A stretch of DNA of 64,000 nt, taken from contig CBDCCI010000001.1 of NCBI GenBank assembly GCA_965214705.1, positions 480,001 through 544,000 on the forward strand. Direction: 5' to 3'. Below are positions 20,631 to 31,125 of the stretch, in pieces (the first letter of the stretch is position 1; each line of letters begins with the position of its first letter). The notes beneath the pieces are model-generated. The model worked only from the letters and a program-made list of their open reading frames with translations, did not search any database and had not been told where the DNA came from. Source of the DNA: Alphaproteobacteria bacterium. Its GTDB lineage: Bacteria; Pseudomonadota; Alphaproteobacteria; UBA828. The translations under genes and the position numbers were made by a program.

Positions 20631-21585
20631 GATTATGTTGCGCCGGTGGTTATGTTGCGGCCCGGCGCTGGGCGGCGCAGCTGCACGCGCTTTGCGGTTT
20701 CTCGGCAACATAACCTCAGTCCCGCGGGGAGGGTCGCGTGATGCCGCGCGACGCTTCCGAGCTGGCACGGCGCCTCGCGCGCGACGCCGAGGCGGTCTGC
20801 CGCCACTATCTGTCGAAGGGTCGGCGTCAGGGCCGCTACTGGATGGTGGGCGACGTGCGCAACACGCCCGGCCGGTCGATGTACGTGCGGCTGAGCGGGC
20901 CGGAGGCCGGCCCTGGGGCCGCCGGGCGCTGGAGCGATGCGGCCTCGGCCGAGCACGGCGACCTGCTCGACGTGATCCGCGAGAGCTGCGGGCTCACGGA
21001 GTTCCGCGAGGTCGCCGAGGAGGCGCGGCGCTTCCTGTCGCTGCCCCGGGCCGAACCGCCGGTCGCGTCAAGAGCGCCCGCCCCGAGGGGCTCGGCCGAA
21101 GCTGCGCGCAGGCTCTGGGCGATCGCCAGACCGATCGCCGGCACGCTGGCCGAGGCGTACCTGCGCAACCGCGGGATCGTACATCTGACGAGCTGCGAAG
21201 CGCTCCGCTTCCATCCGCGCTGCTGGTATCGCCCGGATGGGCATGCGCCGACCGAGACCTGGCCGGCGATGATCGCCGCCGTCACCGACCTCTCGGGCGC
21301 GATCACCGGCGTGCATCGCACCTGGATCGCCCCGGACGGGTTGGGCAAGGCGCCGATCGATACGCCGCGACGCGCGATGGGCGACCTTCTCGGCCATGCC
21401 GTCCGGTTCGGTGCGGCCGGCAACGTCCTCGCCGCCGGCGAAGGCATCGAGACGATGCTGTCGCTGCGATGCGCGCTGCCCGCCATGCCCATGGCGGCGG
21501 CGCTCTCGGCGAACCACCTCGCCGCCCTCGAACTGGCTGCCGGTCTGCGACGGCTCTACATCGCGCGAGACAACGATCCCGCAGG
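20631..21585. repeat. Left arm of the 955-bp inverted repeat (partner 27895-28788 + 36219-36279)
   Basis: Toprim translations are identical up to ARDNDPAG; the right arm is split by element A copy 4. Confidence 0.9.
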
Positions 21586-21766
21586 ACGGCGTGCGGCGGG
21601 AACCCTGGCCGATCGCGCGCGGGGCGCTGGCGTCGAGGCGCTGACGCTCGTGCCCGCGCTGGACGACTTCAACGGCGACCTGCGCCGGCTCGGCGTCGAG
21701 GTGCTGAGTGGCCGCCTGCATACCCAACTCGCGCTGACCGATAGGCCCCTCGTGGGATCAACATAG
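20738..21766 (+). CDS. Toprim domain (DUF7146 + Toprim) primase-like protein, RIT-borne copy 1
   Basis: AEAVCRHYL, EHGDLLD, GVHRTW, GEGIET, IARDND and DDFNGDL motifs. Confidence 0.88.
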   Translation: MMPRDASELARRLARDAEAVCRHYLSKGRRQGRYWMVGDVRNTPGRSMYVRLSGPEAGPGAAGRWSDAASAEHGDLLDVIRESCGLTEFREVAEEARRFLSLPRAEPPVASRAPAPRGSAEAARRLWAIARPIAGTLAEAYLRNRGIVHLTSCEALRFHPRCWYRPDGHAPTETWPAMIAAVTDLSGAITGVHRTWIAPDGLGKAPIDTPRRAMGDLLGHAVRFGAAGNVLAAGEGIETMLSLRCALPAMPMAAALSANHLAALELAAGLRRLYIARDNDPAGRRAAGTLADRARGAGVEALTLVPALDDFNGDLRRLGVEVLSGRLHTQLALTDRPLVGST

Positions 21767-21822
21767 CTTCCATCACCCTGCATCGTCGGGAAACTCGCGC
21801 CTCCAACCACAAGGAGGCCAAC

Positions 21823-23070
21823 ATGTTCGATGACATCTTCTTCCCCTACACCGCCGACAAGTATCGAGAGGCGCCGCTGGTGGAGCAGCGGGAGCGATAC
21901 CTCGCTCATCTCAAGGCGACCGGCGCGAGACGGTCGACCTTGCGCAAGTGCGCCAACGATCAGCTGAGTCTGGTGCGTCTTCTCAACCTCGAAGATGGCG
22001 AACCGGTGGACCGGTCGCGGATCGAGGCAGCCGCGACGATATGGGCGCGGCCCGGAGGTCGTCGGTGCGACCGAGCCGCAACACCGAAGACGCGCGACCG
22101 CTTCGTCAGCCACGGTGTTCGCTGGCTCGCTTTCCTGGGCTGGCTCGACGAGGTCGATGACGACCGCCATCCGCATCACGCCGAGGTCCAGGCCTTCGCA
22201 CGATGGTCGCGCGAGGAACACGGGCTCTCCGATGCGACCGTGCAGAGCTATTGCAAAGCGGCCGACCACTTCTTCCTGCACCTGGCTGCCAAGGGCGTGC
22301 AGTTGAGCGCGGTCGGCATGACCGACATCGACGATGCCATGGCGGCGGAGCATGAGCGGGGTGCCTGGAGCCGCCGGACGCGGCATGATTATGCGCAGCG
22401 GCTGAGAGCGTTCTTCCTGTTCGCCGAGATGCGCGGCTGGTGCCGAGAGGGCCTTGCCGCGGGCATCGTGGCGCCCCGCTTCATGGCCGACGAGGCCGTG
22501 CCCAAGGGGCTGCCGCGCGAGGATGTCGTGCGCTTGCTGGCGTCGGTTACGGGCGACCGGGCCATCGACAAGCGCGATCGGGCGATCCTGATGCTGTTCA
22601 TCGCATACGGGCTTCGGACGGCAGAGGTCGGCGGGCTGCAGCTCGATGACCTGGACTGGGAGAACGCGATGCTCCGGGTCCGCTGTCCGAAACCGGGACG
22701 CACTCATCTGTGGCCGCTGTCGCAGGGCGTGGGCCACGCCATCCTGTGCTACATCAGGGAGGCGCGGCCGTCCGGCTTCGGGCGCAGTCTCTTCTTGACA
22801 ACACGCGCGCCGATCCGACCGCTCGACCGGAAGGCCTTGGGCAAGATCGTCCGCGATCGGCTGGCTGGCATCGGCGTCGTCACCGGGCGACGCGGGGCTC
22901 ACGCCCTGCGGCATGCCGCAGCCCAGCATCTGCTGGATCGGGGCACGTCGATGAAGGTGATCGGCGACTTCCTCGGGCACCGAGATCCGACCTCCACCAC
23001 CATCTACGCCAAGGTCGACCTCGCTGCGCTTCGCGAAGTAGCGGCTCTCGACATGGAGGGCCTGGTATGA
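21823..23070 (+). CDS. RitA-type tyrosine recombinase
   Basis: RDRAIL, YGLR..E, HALRH, LGH and TTIYAKVD motifs. RBS AAGGAGG. Confidence 0.9.
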   Translation: MFDDIFFPYTADKYREAPLVEQRERYLAHLKATGARRSTLRKCANDQLSLVRLLNLEDGEPVDRSRIEAAATIWARPGGRRCDRAATPKTRDRFVSHGVRWLAFLGWLDEVDDDRHPHHAEVQAFARWSREEHGLSDATVQSYCKAADHFFLHLAAKGVQLSAVGMTDIDDAMAAEHERGAWSRRTRHDYAQRLRAFFLFAEMRGWCREGLAAGIVAPRFMADEAVPKGLPREDVVRLLASVTGDRAIDKRDRAILMLFIAYGLRTAEVGGLQLDDLDWENAMLRVRCPKPGRTHLWPLSQGVGHAILCYIREARPSGFGRSLFLTTRAPIRPLDRKALGKIVRDRLAGIGVVTGRRGAHALRHAAAQHLLDRGTSMKVIGDFLGHRDPTSTTIYAKVDLAALREVAALDMEGLV

Positions 23071-23714
23071 ACCTGCGAGAAGCGATCGAACGCTACGTGC
23101 TCTGGCGACAGGCTCACGGCGCGAAGTTCACGAGCGGCGCGAGCTTGTTGCGCGGCTTCCTTCACCATGCCGATGGCGAAGCCGCCTGCGACGCGATCAA
23201 CGCCGGGCAGGTACGGGCGTATCTCGCGGGCGAAGGCGTGTCGAGGCGCCACTGCGAGAACAGATACTATGCGCTTGCCGGCTTCTGGCGCCATGCGATC
23301 AGCCGCGGCCATGCGTCCCGCTCACCGATGCCGGCCGACGCACCGAGATCGCCCGTCCGAGCGCCGCCCTACATCTACTCGCGCGACGAACTTGCGCGCC
23401 TGTTCGACCCCGCGACCGTGGAAGCGAGCCGGCGCCGCGCAGTCCAGCTGGACGCGGTGACGTTCCGGACGCTGCTTCTGCTCTTGAACGAAGCCGCTAC
23501 GCGGAGTTAGCGGCGTAGAGTTCATTCATTTCCGAGGCGTCGCGGGTGCCGTTTGTTCTGTGCGTTCGCTTCCCGGTTGCGTCAGTGGCGCTCCGCCCGT
23601 CGGGTGGCGGATCCCCAGCAGCCTCCCGATCACCAGTGGTTAGCATCGACCCCTGCGACGGACCGTCGCCGGATCGGTCCGGCGGCGCGCCGTCGCGATC
23701 CAGGGAGATCGATA

Positions 23715-24593
23715 ATGACCGGGACCGCGTGCGACACGAACACCGTCACCCCTCTTCGCCAGCGCATGGAGGAGCAGCTCCGCATCGCCAATCTGGCCGC
23801 GAGCACGTCCAAGGCCTACATCTGCGAGATCAAGAACCTGGCCAGGTACTACGACGCCTCGCCGGACGAGCTCGACGCCGAGCAGGTGCGCCAGTGGTAC
23901 CTGGGGCGGATCGACAAGGGGCTCAGTCCGGGCACGACCAACGTCTCCTTCGCCGCGCTGAACTTCCTCTACATCGACACACTCGGCTGGCCTGACCATG
24001 TCGCCGGCCTGCGCTCCCGCAAGAAGCCCGGCAAGCTGCCGCGCTACATGTCGGAGCAGGAGGTCGAGCACCTCATCCTTGCGACACCCGACCTCCGCCA
24101 CCGTGCTGCCATTGTCACCGGCTATGGCGGCGGGCTCCGCATCTCCGAGACCTTGGCCATCAAGGTCGGCGACATCCTGTCGGAGAAGAAGCTGCTGCAC
24201 ATCCCCTCCGGCAAAGGCGGCACCGAGAGAATGGCACCGTTGCCGGACATCGTCATCCACTACTTGCGCGTCTACTACAGGAACATCTGGCCGCGTCCGA
24301 CGAGCTGGCTCTTCTACGGCGTCTCGCTCGACAGGCCCATCGCAACGGAGACCTTGCAGGCCGCCTTCAGGAGGGCGCGCGACATTGCCGAGCTCGACCG
24401 CAGCTACACCTTCCATTGCCTGCGCCATTCGGCGGCGACCCATCTCCTCGAGCGCGGCGGCGATATCGAGGTGATCCGGGACATGCTCGGCCATCGAAGC
24501 GCGAACACGACCCGTCACTACGCCCGCGTCACCGGCAAGATGTTCGAGGGCCTCGACCACCCGATCTCAGGCTTCGCAGCGTTGCGCAACTGA
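23715..24593 (+). CDS. Tyrosine recombinase of element A
   Basis: Identical to copy 1. Confidence 0.92.
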   Translation: MTGTACDTNTVTPLRQRMEEQLRIANLAASTSKAYICEIKNLARYYDASPDELDAEQVRQWYLGRIDKGLSPGTTNVSFAALNFLYIDTLGWPDHVAGLRSRKKPGKLPRYMSEQEVEHLILATPDLRHRAAIVTGYGGGLRISETLAIKVGDILSEKKLLHIPSGKGGTERMAPLPDIVIHYLRVYYRNIWPRPTSWLFYGVSLDRPIATETLQAAFRRARDIAELDRSYTFHCLRHSAATHLLERGGDIEVIRDMLGHRSANTTRHYARVTGKMFEGLDHPISGFAALRN

Positions 24594-24599
24594 CGGCGC

Positions 24600-25841
24600 G
24601 TGGAGGCCGAACGCGCGGGCGTGGCGGAGATCTTCCGCCGCGCCGGCGCCGCTTTCCGTGAGCGCCACAAAGGGCGCATCGACGCCGCCCGGCTCAAGGT
24701 CATGGGCGCCATCGAGGCGTGCCGCACCGCCGTGCTCGGCGGCCACATGTACGCCTGCGAGGGCTGCGGGCGCGAGCATCCGCTCTTCAACTCCTGCCGC
24801 AACCGCCACTGCCCCACCTGCCAGGGTCTCGCCGCCAACCTCTGGAGCGAGGAGCGCGCCGGGGACATCCTGCCGGTGCCCTACTTCCATGTGGTCTTCA
24901 CCCTGCCCAAGGAGGTTGCCGCCATTGCCTTCTGCAACCGCAGGGTGGTGTTCGACATCCTCTTCCGGGCCGTCGCCGAGACCCTGCGCACCATCGCCGC
25001 CGATCCCCGCCACGGCGGCATGCGCATCGGCGGCACCGCGGTCCTCCATACCTGGGATCAGAAGCTCCGCTTCCACCCGCACCTGCACGTGGTCGTGCCC
25101 AACGCGGGCTTCGACGTAGACAGTGGCGAGTGGAAGACGGGGAGCACCACCTTCCTCGCCCCCGTCAAGGTCCTCGGCAGCCTGTTCCGCCGCCTCTTCC
25201 TCGAGGAGCTCGCCCGCGCCCACGGCCGGGGGGACCTGGAGTTCCACGGCACCCTCGCCCACCTCGCCAATCCCGGCGAGTTCCACGCCACGCTTGCCGC
25301 CGCCCGGGCCAGGGACTGGGTGGTCTACGCCAAGCGGCCCTTCCGCGGGCCTGAGCAGGTCTTCCGGTACCTCTCGCACTACACGCACAGGATCGCCATC
25401 TCCGACAGCCGCATCGTCTCCTTCGACGGCGAGACGGTCTCCTTCCGCCACCGAAAGCCCAAGGCGCCGGGGCAGAGAAAGCCGCGCTACGGCATCGCCA
25501 CCGTGAGCGCCGACGAGTTCATCCGCCGCTTCCTGAGGCACGTCCTGCCGGACGGCATGCACCGCATTCGCTACTTCGGCATCCTCGCCAACGGCTGCCG
25601 CGCCAGCACGCTGGAGAGAGCACGCCAGGCTCTCGGCGCCCTCGGCTGCGCCGCCCCCGAGGGAAGCGTGGACGGCGCTCGGGCCGAGCCCGACGAAGAG
25701 CCCGAGATCGGCACCGCGCCCGTGGCCTGCCCCCACTGCGGCGGCGTCATGCGCCTCGTCCGCGAAATCCGCCGCCGCCATGAGCCCCGCTCGACGCGCG
25801 GCCCGCCGGCGCTGCCGCCGACCCACAGGGGGAAACCGTGA
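24600..25841 (+). CDS. IS91-family Y2 transposase
   Basis: Identical to copy 1. Confidence 0.93.
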   Translation: MEAERAGVAEIFRRAGAAFRERHKGRIDAARLKVMGAIEACRTAVLGGHMYACEGCGREHPLFNSCRNRHCPTCQGLAANLWSEERAGDILPVPYFHVVFTLPKEVAAIAFCNRRVVFDILFRAVAETLRTIAADPRHGGMRIGGTAVLHTWDQKLRFHPHLHVVVPNAGFDVDSGEWKTGSTTFLAPVKVLGSLFRRLFLEELARAHGRGDLEFHGTLAHLANPGEFHATLAAARARDWVVYAKRPFRGPEQVFRYLSHYTHRIAISDSRIVSFDGETVSFRHRKPKAPGQRKPRYGIATVSADEFIRRFLRHVLPDGMHRIRYFGILANGCRASTLERARQALGALGCAAPEGSVDGARAEPDEEPEIGTAPVACPHCGGVMRLVREIRRRHEPRSTRGPPALPPTHRGKP

Positions 25842-26675
25842 GACGCCCGCTCGCTTCGGCCCCGCGCAACGGCGCCAAAGCGCCGACGCACGACCGAACC
25901 TGTCTCCGCTTGAGCCGGGCTGACAGCCCTCGGCTCACACCCCGCTCAGTCCTCGCAGCGTGCGCCCGCATGCCTGCCGAAAGACCGGCGCGAGCGTCGA
26001 TTTTATGCGCAACTCTGCTGCCGGTGGATGCCGCCTGACGCTGACATCAGCGCACTTTCCACATAGCTCAACTTCGCCTCTCGTGGCCCGCGGCTTCGTT
26101 CAAAAGGGTTGGGCAGGCTCTCGAGAGAGAGCCTGCCCAACCCTTAACCTTGTACGGCGCGGGCCTACGATTCGGGGAGGCGACTCGCCTCTCCCTTGCC
26201 GACGTCGATCTGGCGAACGCCGTCCTGACCATCCGGGCCACCAAGTTCTACAAGAGCCGGCTGGTCCCGGTCGGCCCTCAGCTTGCAGCGCTTCTGGGAA
26301 GCCACGTGACCCTGCGCCAGCGCGCCGGACTGGTGGAAGGCCGGGACGCGTTGCTCCTGGCGAACCGGGACGGGACGCGGCTCGCCAGTAGCACGGTGCT
26401 GGCCGCGTTCGACACGCTGAGGCGCCTCGCCGGGGTCCACCGTCCCGCGGCGGGGCGGACGATCCCGCGGCTGCACGATCTGCGGCACAGCTTCGCCGTC
26501 CACCGCCTGACGAGCTGGTATCGGCAAGGCGCTGATGTGCAACGGCTGCTGCCGGTGCTCTCCACCTATCTCGGTCACGCCGATCTGGAGGGCACGAAGA
26601 TCTATCTGTCGATGACGCCGGAGCTCCTGGAAGAGGCGTCGCTACGGTTCGCCCGCTATGCGGCGGGAGGTCGGC

Positions 26676-27671
26676 ATGCCTGAGCCCGCAACCCTCGGCC
26701 CGTGGCTCCGCCGGTTCTTCACCGAGCACATCGTCACCGAACGCAATCTGGCCAGGAACACCCGCAAGAGCTACCGCGACACCTTCCGCCTGTTGTTGCC
26801 CTTCGTCAGCCGAAAGGTGCGCAAGCCCGTAGACCGGCTCGCGGTATGGGACATCACATCCGGATGCGTGCGGGAGTTCCTCGCCCATGTCGAGACGGAT
26901 CGAGGTTGCTCCGTCCGGACTCGCAATCAGCGACTGGCTGCGATCCAGGCCTTCGCGCGCTTCGTCGGCAGCCGCGACCCGGTCCATGTCGAATGGTGCG
27001 GTCATATCCGGGCGATCGCGTCGAAGAGATCGGTGCCGCCGCCGGTCGGATGGCTGACCCGGGCGGAGATGGAGGCGATGCTGGCGCCGCCCGACCGCAA
27101 GACCCGGCGGGGCCGGAGCGAGTACGCGCTTATGCTCTTCCTGTACAACACCGGCGCAAGAGTGTCCGAGGCCATCCAGCTGAGGGTATGCGATCTGCAG
27201 ATCGGAACGCGGAAAGGCGGGCACGATCTCGCCACCTTGCACGGCAAGGGCGGCAAGACGCGCCAGTGCCCGCTATGGCCGGAAACCGAGCGCGTACTCG
27301 CGGAGGAGATCAGCGATCGCGCAGGCGATGACGCGGTGTTCGTCAGCCGGCTCGGGACACCGTTCACCCGCTTCGGCGTCTATCGGCTGATCGAGCGGTG
27401 TGCGGCCCAGGTCCCGGAACTGGCCGATCGGACGGTGACGCCGCACGTGATCCGGCACACCACGGCCTGCCACCTGGCCCTCGCCGATGTGGACATCAAC
27501 ACCATCCGTGCCTGGCTCGGACACGTCTCGATCAGCACGACCAACATCTATACCGAGATCGACCTGACGCTGAAGGCCAACGCCGTCGCGATGTGCGAGG
27601 TGGGCCAGCCGCGACCCGCTCGGTCATGGAAGGAGGACAAGGACCTCATGGCCTTCCTGAAGGCGTTGTAA
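26676..27671 (+). CDS. RitC-type tyrosine recombinase
   Basis: SYRDTF, RTRNQRLAAI, TGARVSE, GKGGK, PHVIRH, WLGH and TTNIY motifs. Confidence 0.9.
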   Translation: MPEPATLGPWLRRFFTEHIVTERNLARNTRKSYRDTFRLLLPFVSRKVRKPVDRLAVWDITSGCVREFLAHVETDRGCSVRTRNQRLAAIQAFARFVGSRDPVHVEWCGHIRAIASKRSVPPPVGWLTRAEMEAMLAPPDRKTRRGRSEYALMLFLYNTGARVSEAIQLRVCDLQIGTRKGGHDLATLHGKGGKTRQCPLWPETERVLAEEISDRAGDDAVFVSRLGTPFTRFGVYRLIERCAAQVPELADRTVTPHVIRHTTACHLALADVDINTIRAWLGHVSISTTNIYTEIDLTLKANAVAMCEVGQPRPARSWKEDKDLMAFLKAL

Positions 27672-27695
27672 GCGGCGACGGGGCACCGGCCTCGG

Positions 27696-28742
27696 TCACC
27701 CCGTCCCAACTGTCCGCCGGCGCATGAAGCGAACCGCGTCCTCGGGGGCGAGTTGGATGCGCACAAATGCGCGGACGGCGCCCAAGTCGAACGCTTGCAG
27801 ATCCTCGTTGAGGTCGCCGAGGCGCGGAGCGAGGGCTAGCGCTTCGATGCCGGCCGCTTCGGCTCGTTCGGTGAGCACCGCGACCGCCGTATCGCCTGCG
27901 GGATCGTTGTCTCGCGCGATGTAGAGCCGTCGCAGACCGGCAGCCAGTTCGAGGGCGGCGAGGTGGTTCGCCGAGAGCGCCGCCGCCATGGGCATGGCGG
28001 GCAGCGCGCATCGCAGCGACAGCATCGTCTCGATGCCTTCGCCGGCGGCGAGGACGTTGCCGGCCGCACCGAACCGGACGGCATGGCCGAGAAGGTCGCC
28101 CATCGCGCGTCGCGGCGTATCGATCGGCGCCTTGCCCAACCCGTCCGGGGCGATCCAGGTGCGATGCACGCCGGTGATCGCGCCCGAGAGGTCGGTGACG
28201 GCGGCGATCATCGCCGGCCAGGTCTCGGTCGGCGCATGCCCATCCGGGCGATACCAGCAGCGCGGATGGAAGCGGAGCGCTTCGCAGCTCGTCAGATGTA
28301 CGATCCCGCGGTTGCGCAGGTACGCCTCGGCCAGCGTGCCGGCGATCGGTCTGGCGATCGCCCAGAGCCTGCGCGCAGCTTCGGCCGAGCCCCTCGGGGC
28401 GGGCGCTCTTGACGCGACCGGCGGTTCGGCCCGGGGCAGCGACAGGAAGCGCCGCGCCTCCTCGGCGACCTCGCGGAACTCCGTGAGCCCGCAGCTCTCG
28501 CGGATCACGTCGAGCAGGTCGCCGTGCTCGGCCGAGGCCGCATCGCTCCAGCGCCCGGCGGCCCCAGGGCCGGCCTCCGGCCCGCTCAGCCGCACGTACA
28601 TCGACCGGCCGGGCGTGTTGCGCACGTCGCCCACCATCCAGTAGCGGCCCTGACGCCGACCCTTCGACAGATAGTGGCGGCAGACCGCCTCGGCGTCGCG
28701 CGCGAGGCGCCGTGCCAGCTCGGAAGCGTCGCGCGGCATCAC
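27696..28742 (-). CDS. Toprim domain primase-like protein, RIT-borne copy 2
   Basis: Identical to 20738-21766 for ~282 aa, then a different but homologous C-terminus (GDLNEDL). Confidence 0.88.
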   Translation of the reverse strand: MMPRDASELARRLARDAEAVCRHYLSKGRRQGRYWMVGDVRNTPGRSMYVRLSGPEAGPGAAGRWSDAASAEHGDLLDVIRESCGLTEFREVAEEARRFLSLPRAEPPVASRAPAPRGSAEAARRLWAIARPIAGTLAEAYLRNRGIVHLTSCEALRFHPRCWYRPDGHAPTETWPAMIAAVTDLSGAITGVHRTWIAPDGLGKAPIDTPRRAMGDLLGHAVRFGAAGNVLAAGEGIETMLSLRCALPAMPMAAALSANHLAALELAAGLRRLYIARDNDPAGDTAVAVLTERAEAAGIEALALAPRLGDLNEDLQAFDLGAVRAFVRIQLAPEDAVRFMRRRTVGTG

Positions 28743-29096
28743 GCGACCCTCCCCGCGGGACTGAGGTTATGTTGCCGAGAAACCGCAAGGTTAAGGGTTG
28801 GGCAGGCTCTCTCTCGAGAGCCTGCCCAACCCTTTTGAACGAAGCCGCGGGCCACGAGAGGCGAAGTTGAGCTATGTGGAAAGTGCGCTGATGTCAGCGT
28901 CAGGCGGCATCCACCGGCAGCAGAGTTGCGCATAAAATCGACGCTCGCGCCGGTCTTTCGGCAGGCATGCGGGCGCACGCTGCGAGGACTGAGCGGGGTG
29001 TGAGCCGAGGGCTGTCAGCCCGGCTCAAGCGGAGACAGGTTCGGTCGTGCGTCGGCGCTTTGGCGCCGTTGCGCGGGGCCGAAGCGAGCGGGCGTC

Positions 29097-30338
29097 TCAC
29101 GGTTTCCCCCTGTGGGTCGGCGGCAGCGCCGGCGGGCCGCGCGTCGAGCGGGGCTCATGGCGGCGGCGGATTTCGCGGACGAGGCGCATGACGCCGCCGC
29201 AGTGGGGGCAGGCCACGGGCGCGGTGCCGATCTCGGGCTCTTCGTCGGGCTCGGCCTGAGCGCCGTCCACGCTTCCCTCGGGGGCGGCGCAGCCGAGGGC
29301 GCCGAGAGCCTGGCGTGCTCTCTCCAGCGTGCTGGCGCGGCAGCCGTTGGCGAGGATGCCGAAGTAGCGAATGCGGTGCATGCCGTCCGGCAGGACGTGC
29401 CTCAGGAAGCGGCGGATGAACTCGTCGGCGCTCACGGTGGCGATGCCGTAGCGCGGCTTTCTCTGCCCCGGCGCCTTGGGCTTTCGGTGGCGGAAGGAGA
29501 CCGTCTCGCCGTCGAAGGAGACGATGCGGCTGTCGGAGATGGCGATCCTGTGCGTGTAGTGCGACAGGTACCGGAAGACCTGCTCAGGCCCGCGGAAGGG
29601 CCGCTTGGCGTAGACCACCCAGTCCCTGGCCCGGGCGGCGGCAAGCGTGGCGTGGAACTCGCCGGGATTGGCGAGGTGGGCGAGGGTGCCGTGGAACTCC
29701 AGGTCCCCCCGGCCGTGGGCGCGGGCGAGCTCCTCGAGGAAGAGGCGGCGGAACAGGCTGCCGAGGACCTTGACGGGGGCGAGGAAGGTGGTGCTCCCCG
29801 TCTTCCACTCGCCACTGTCTACGTCGAAGCCCGCGTTGGGCACGACCACGTGCAGGTGCGGGTGGAAGCGGAGCTTCTGATCCCAGGTATGGAGGACCGC
29901 GGTGCCGCCGATGCGCATGCCGCCGTGGCGGGGATCGGCGGCGATGGTGCGCAGGGTCTCGGCGACGGCCCGGAAGAGGATGTCGAACACCACCCTGCGG
30001 TTGCAGAAGGCAATGGCGGCAACCTCCTTGGGCAGGGTGAAGACCACATGGAAGTAGGGCACCGGCAGGATGTCCCCGGCGCGCTCCTCGCTCCAGAGGT
30101 TGGCGGCGAGACCCTGGCAGGTGGGGCAGTGGCGGTTGCGGCAGGAGTTGAAGAGCGGATGCTCGCGCCCGCAGCCCTCGCAGGCGTACATGTGGCCGCC
30201 GAGCACGGCGGTGCGGCACGCCTCGATGGCGCCCATGACCTTGAGCCGGGCGGCGTCGATGCGCCCTTTGTGGCGCTCACGGAAAGCGGCGCCGGCGCGG
30301 CGGAAGATCTCCGCCACGCCCGCGCGTTCGGCCTCCAC
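29097..30338 (-). CDS. IS91-family Y2 transposase (copy 4)
   Basis: One amino-acid difference from copy 1. Confidence 0.93.
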   Translation of the reverse strand: MEAERAGVAEIFRRAGAAFRERHKGRIDAARLKVMGAIEACRTAVLGGHMYACEGCGREHPLFNSCRNRHCPTCQGLAANLWSEERAGDILPVPYFHVVFTLPKEVAAIAFCNRRVVFDILFRAVAETLRTIAADPRHGGMRIGGTAVLHTWDQKLRFHPHLHVVVPNAGFDVDSGEWKTGSTTFLAPVKVLGSLFRRLFLEELARAHGRGDLEFHGTLAHLANPGEFHATLAAARARDWVVYAKRPFRGPEQVFRYLSHYTHRIAISDSRIVSFDGETVSFRHRKPKAPGQRKPRYGIATVSADEFIRRFLRHVLPDGMHRIRYFGILANGCRASTLERARQALGALGCAAPEGSVDGAQAEPDEEPEIGTAPVACPHCGGVMRLVREIRRRHEPRSTRGPPALPPTHRGKP

Positions 30339-31125
30339 GCGCCGTCAGTTGCGCAACGCTGCGAAGCCTGAGATCGGGTGGTCGAGGCCCTCGAACATCT
30401 TGCCGGTGACGCGGGCGTAGTGACGGGTCGTGTTCGCGCTTCGATGGCCGAGCATGTCCCGGATCACCTCGATATCGCCGCCGCGCTCGAGGAGATGGGT
30501 CGCCGCCGAATGGCGCAGGCAATGGAAGGTGTAGCTGCGGTCGAGCTCGGCAATGTCGCGCGCCCTCCTGAAGGCGGCCTGCAAGGTCTCCGTTGCGATG
30601 GGCCTGTCGAGCGAGACGCCGTAGAAGAGCCAGTTCGTCGGACGCGGCCAGATGTTCCTGTAGTAGACGCGCAAGTAGTGGATGACGATGTCCGGCAACG
30701 GTGCCATTCTCTCGGTGCCGCCTTTGCCGGAGGGGATGTGCAGCAGCTTCTTCTCCGACAGGATGTCGCCGACCTTGATGGCCAAGGTCTCGGAGATGCG
30801 GAGCCCGCCGCCATAGCCGGTGACAATGGCAGCACGGTGGCGGAGGTCGGGTGTCGCAAGGATGAGGTGCTCGACCTCCTGCTCCGACATGTAGCGCGGC
30901 AGCTTGCCGGGCTTCTTGCGGGAGCGCAGGCCGGCGACATGGTCAGGCCAGCCGAGTGTGTCGATGTAGAGGAAGTTCAGCGCGGCGAAGGAGACGTTGG
31001 TCGTGCCCGGACTGAGCCCCTTGTCGATCCGCCCCAGGTACCACTGGCGCACCTGCTCGGCGTCGAGCTCGTCCGGCGAGGCGTCGTAGTACCTGGCCAG
31101 GTTCTTGATCTCGCAGATGGTTAAG

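Larger units (their letters stand above)
23484..26149 (+). mobile_element. Element A copy 3 (intact)
   Basis: 2,666 bp; no TSD. Confidence 0.95.
23067..26683 (+). pseudogene. RitB-type tyrosine recombinase interrupted by element A copy 3
   Basis: 23067-23483 + 26150-26683 rejoin in frame (LLLL-LYGAGLR), 316 aa. TKFYKSR, HDLRHSFA and LSTYLGH motifs. Confidence 0.9.
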
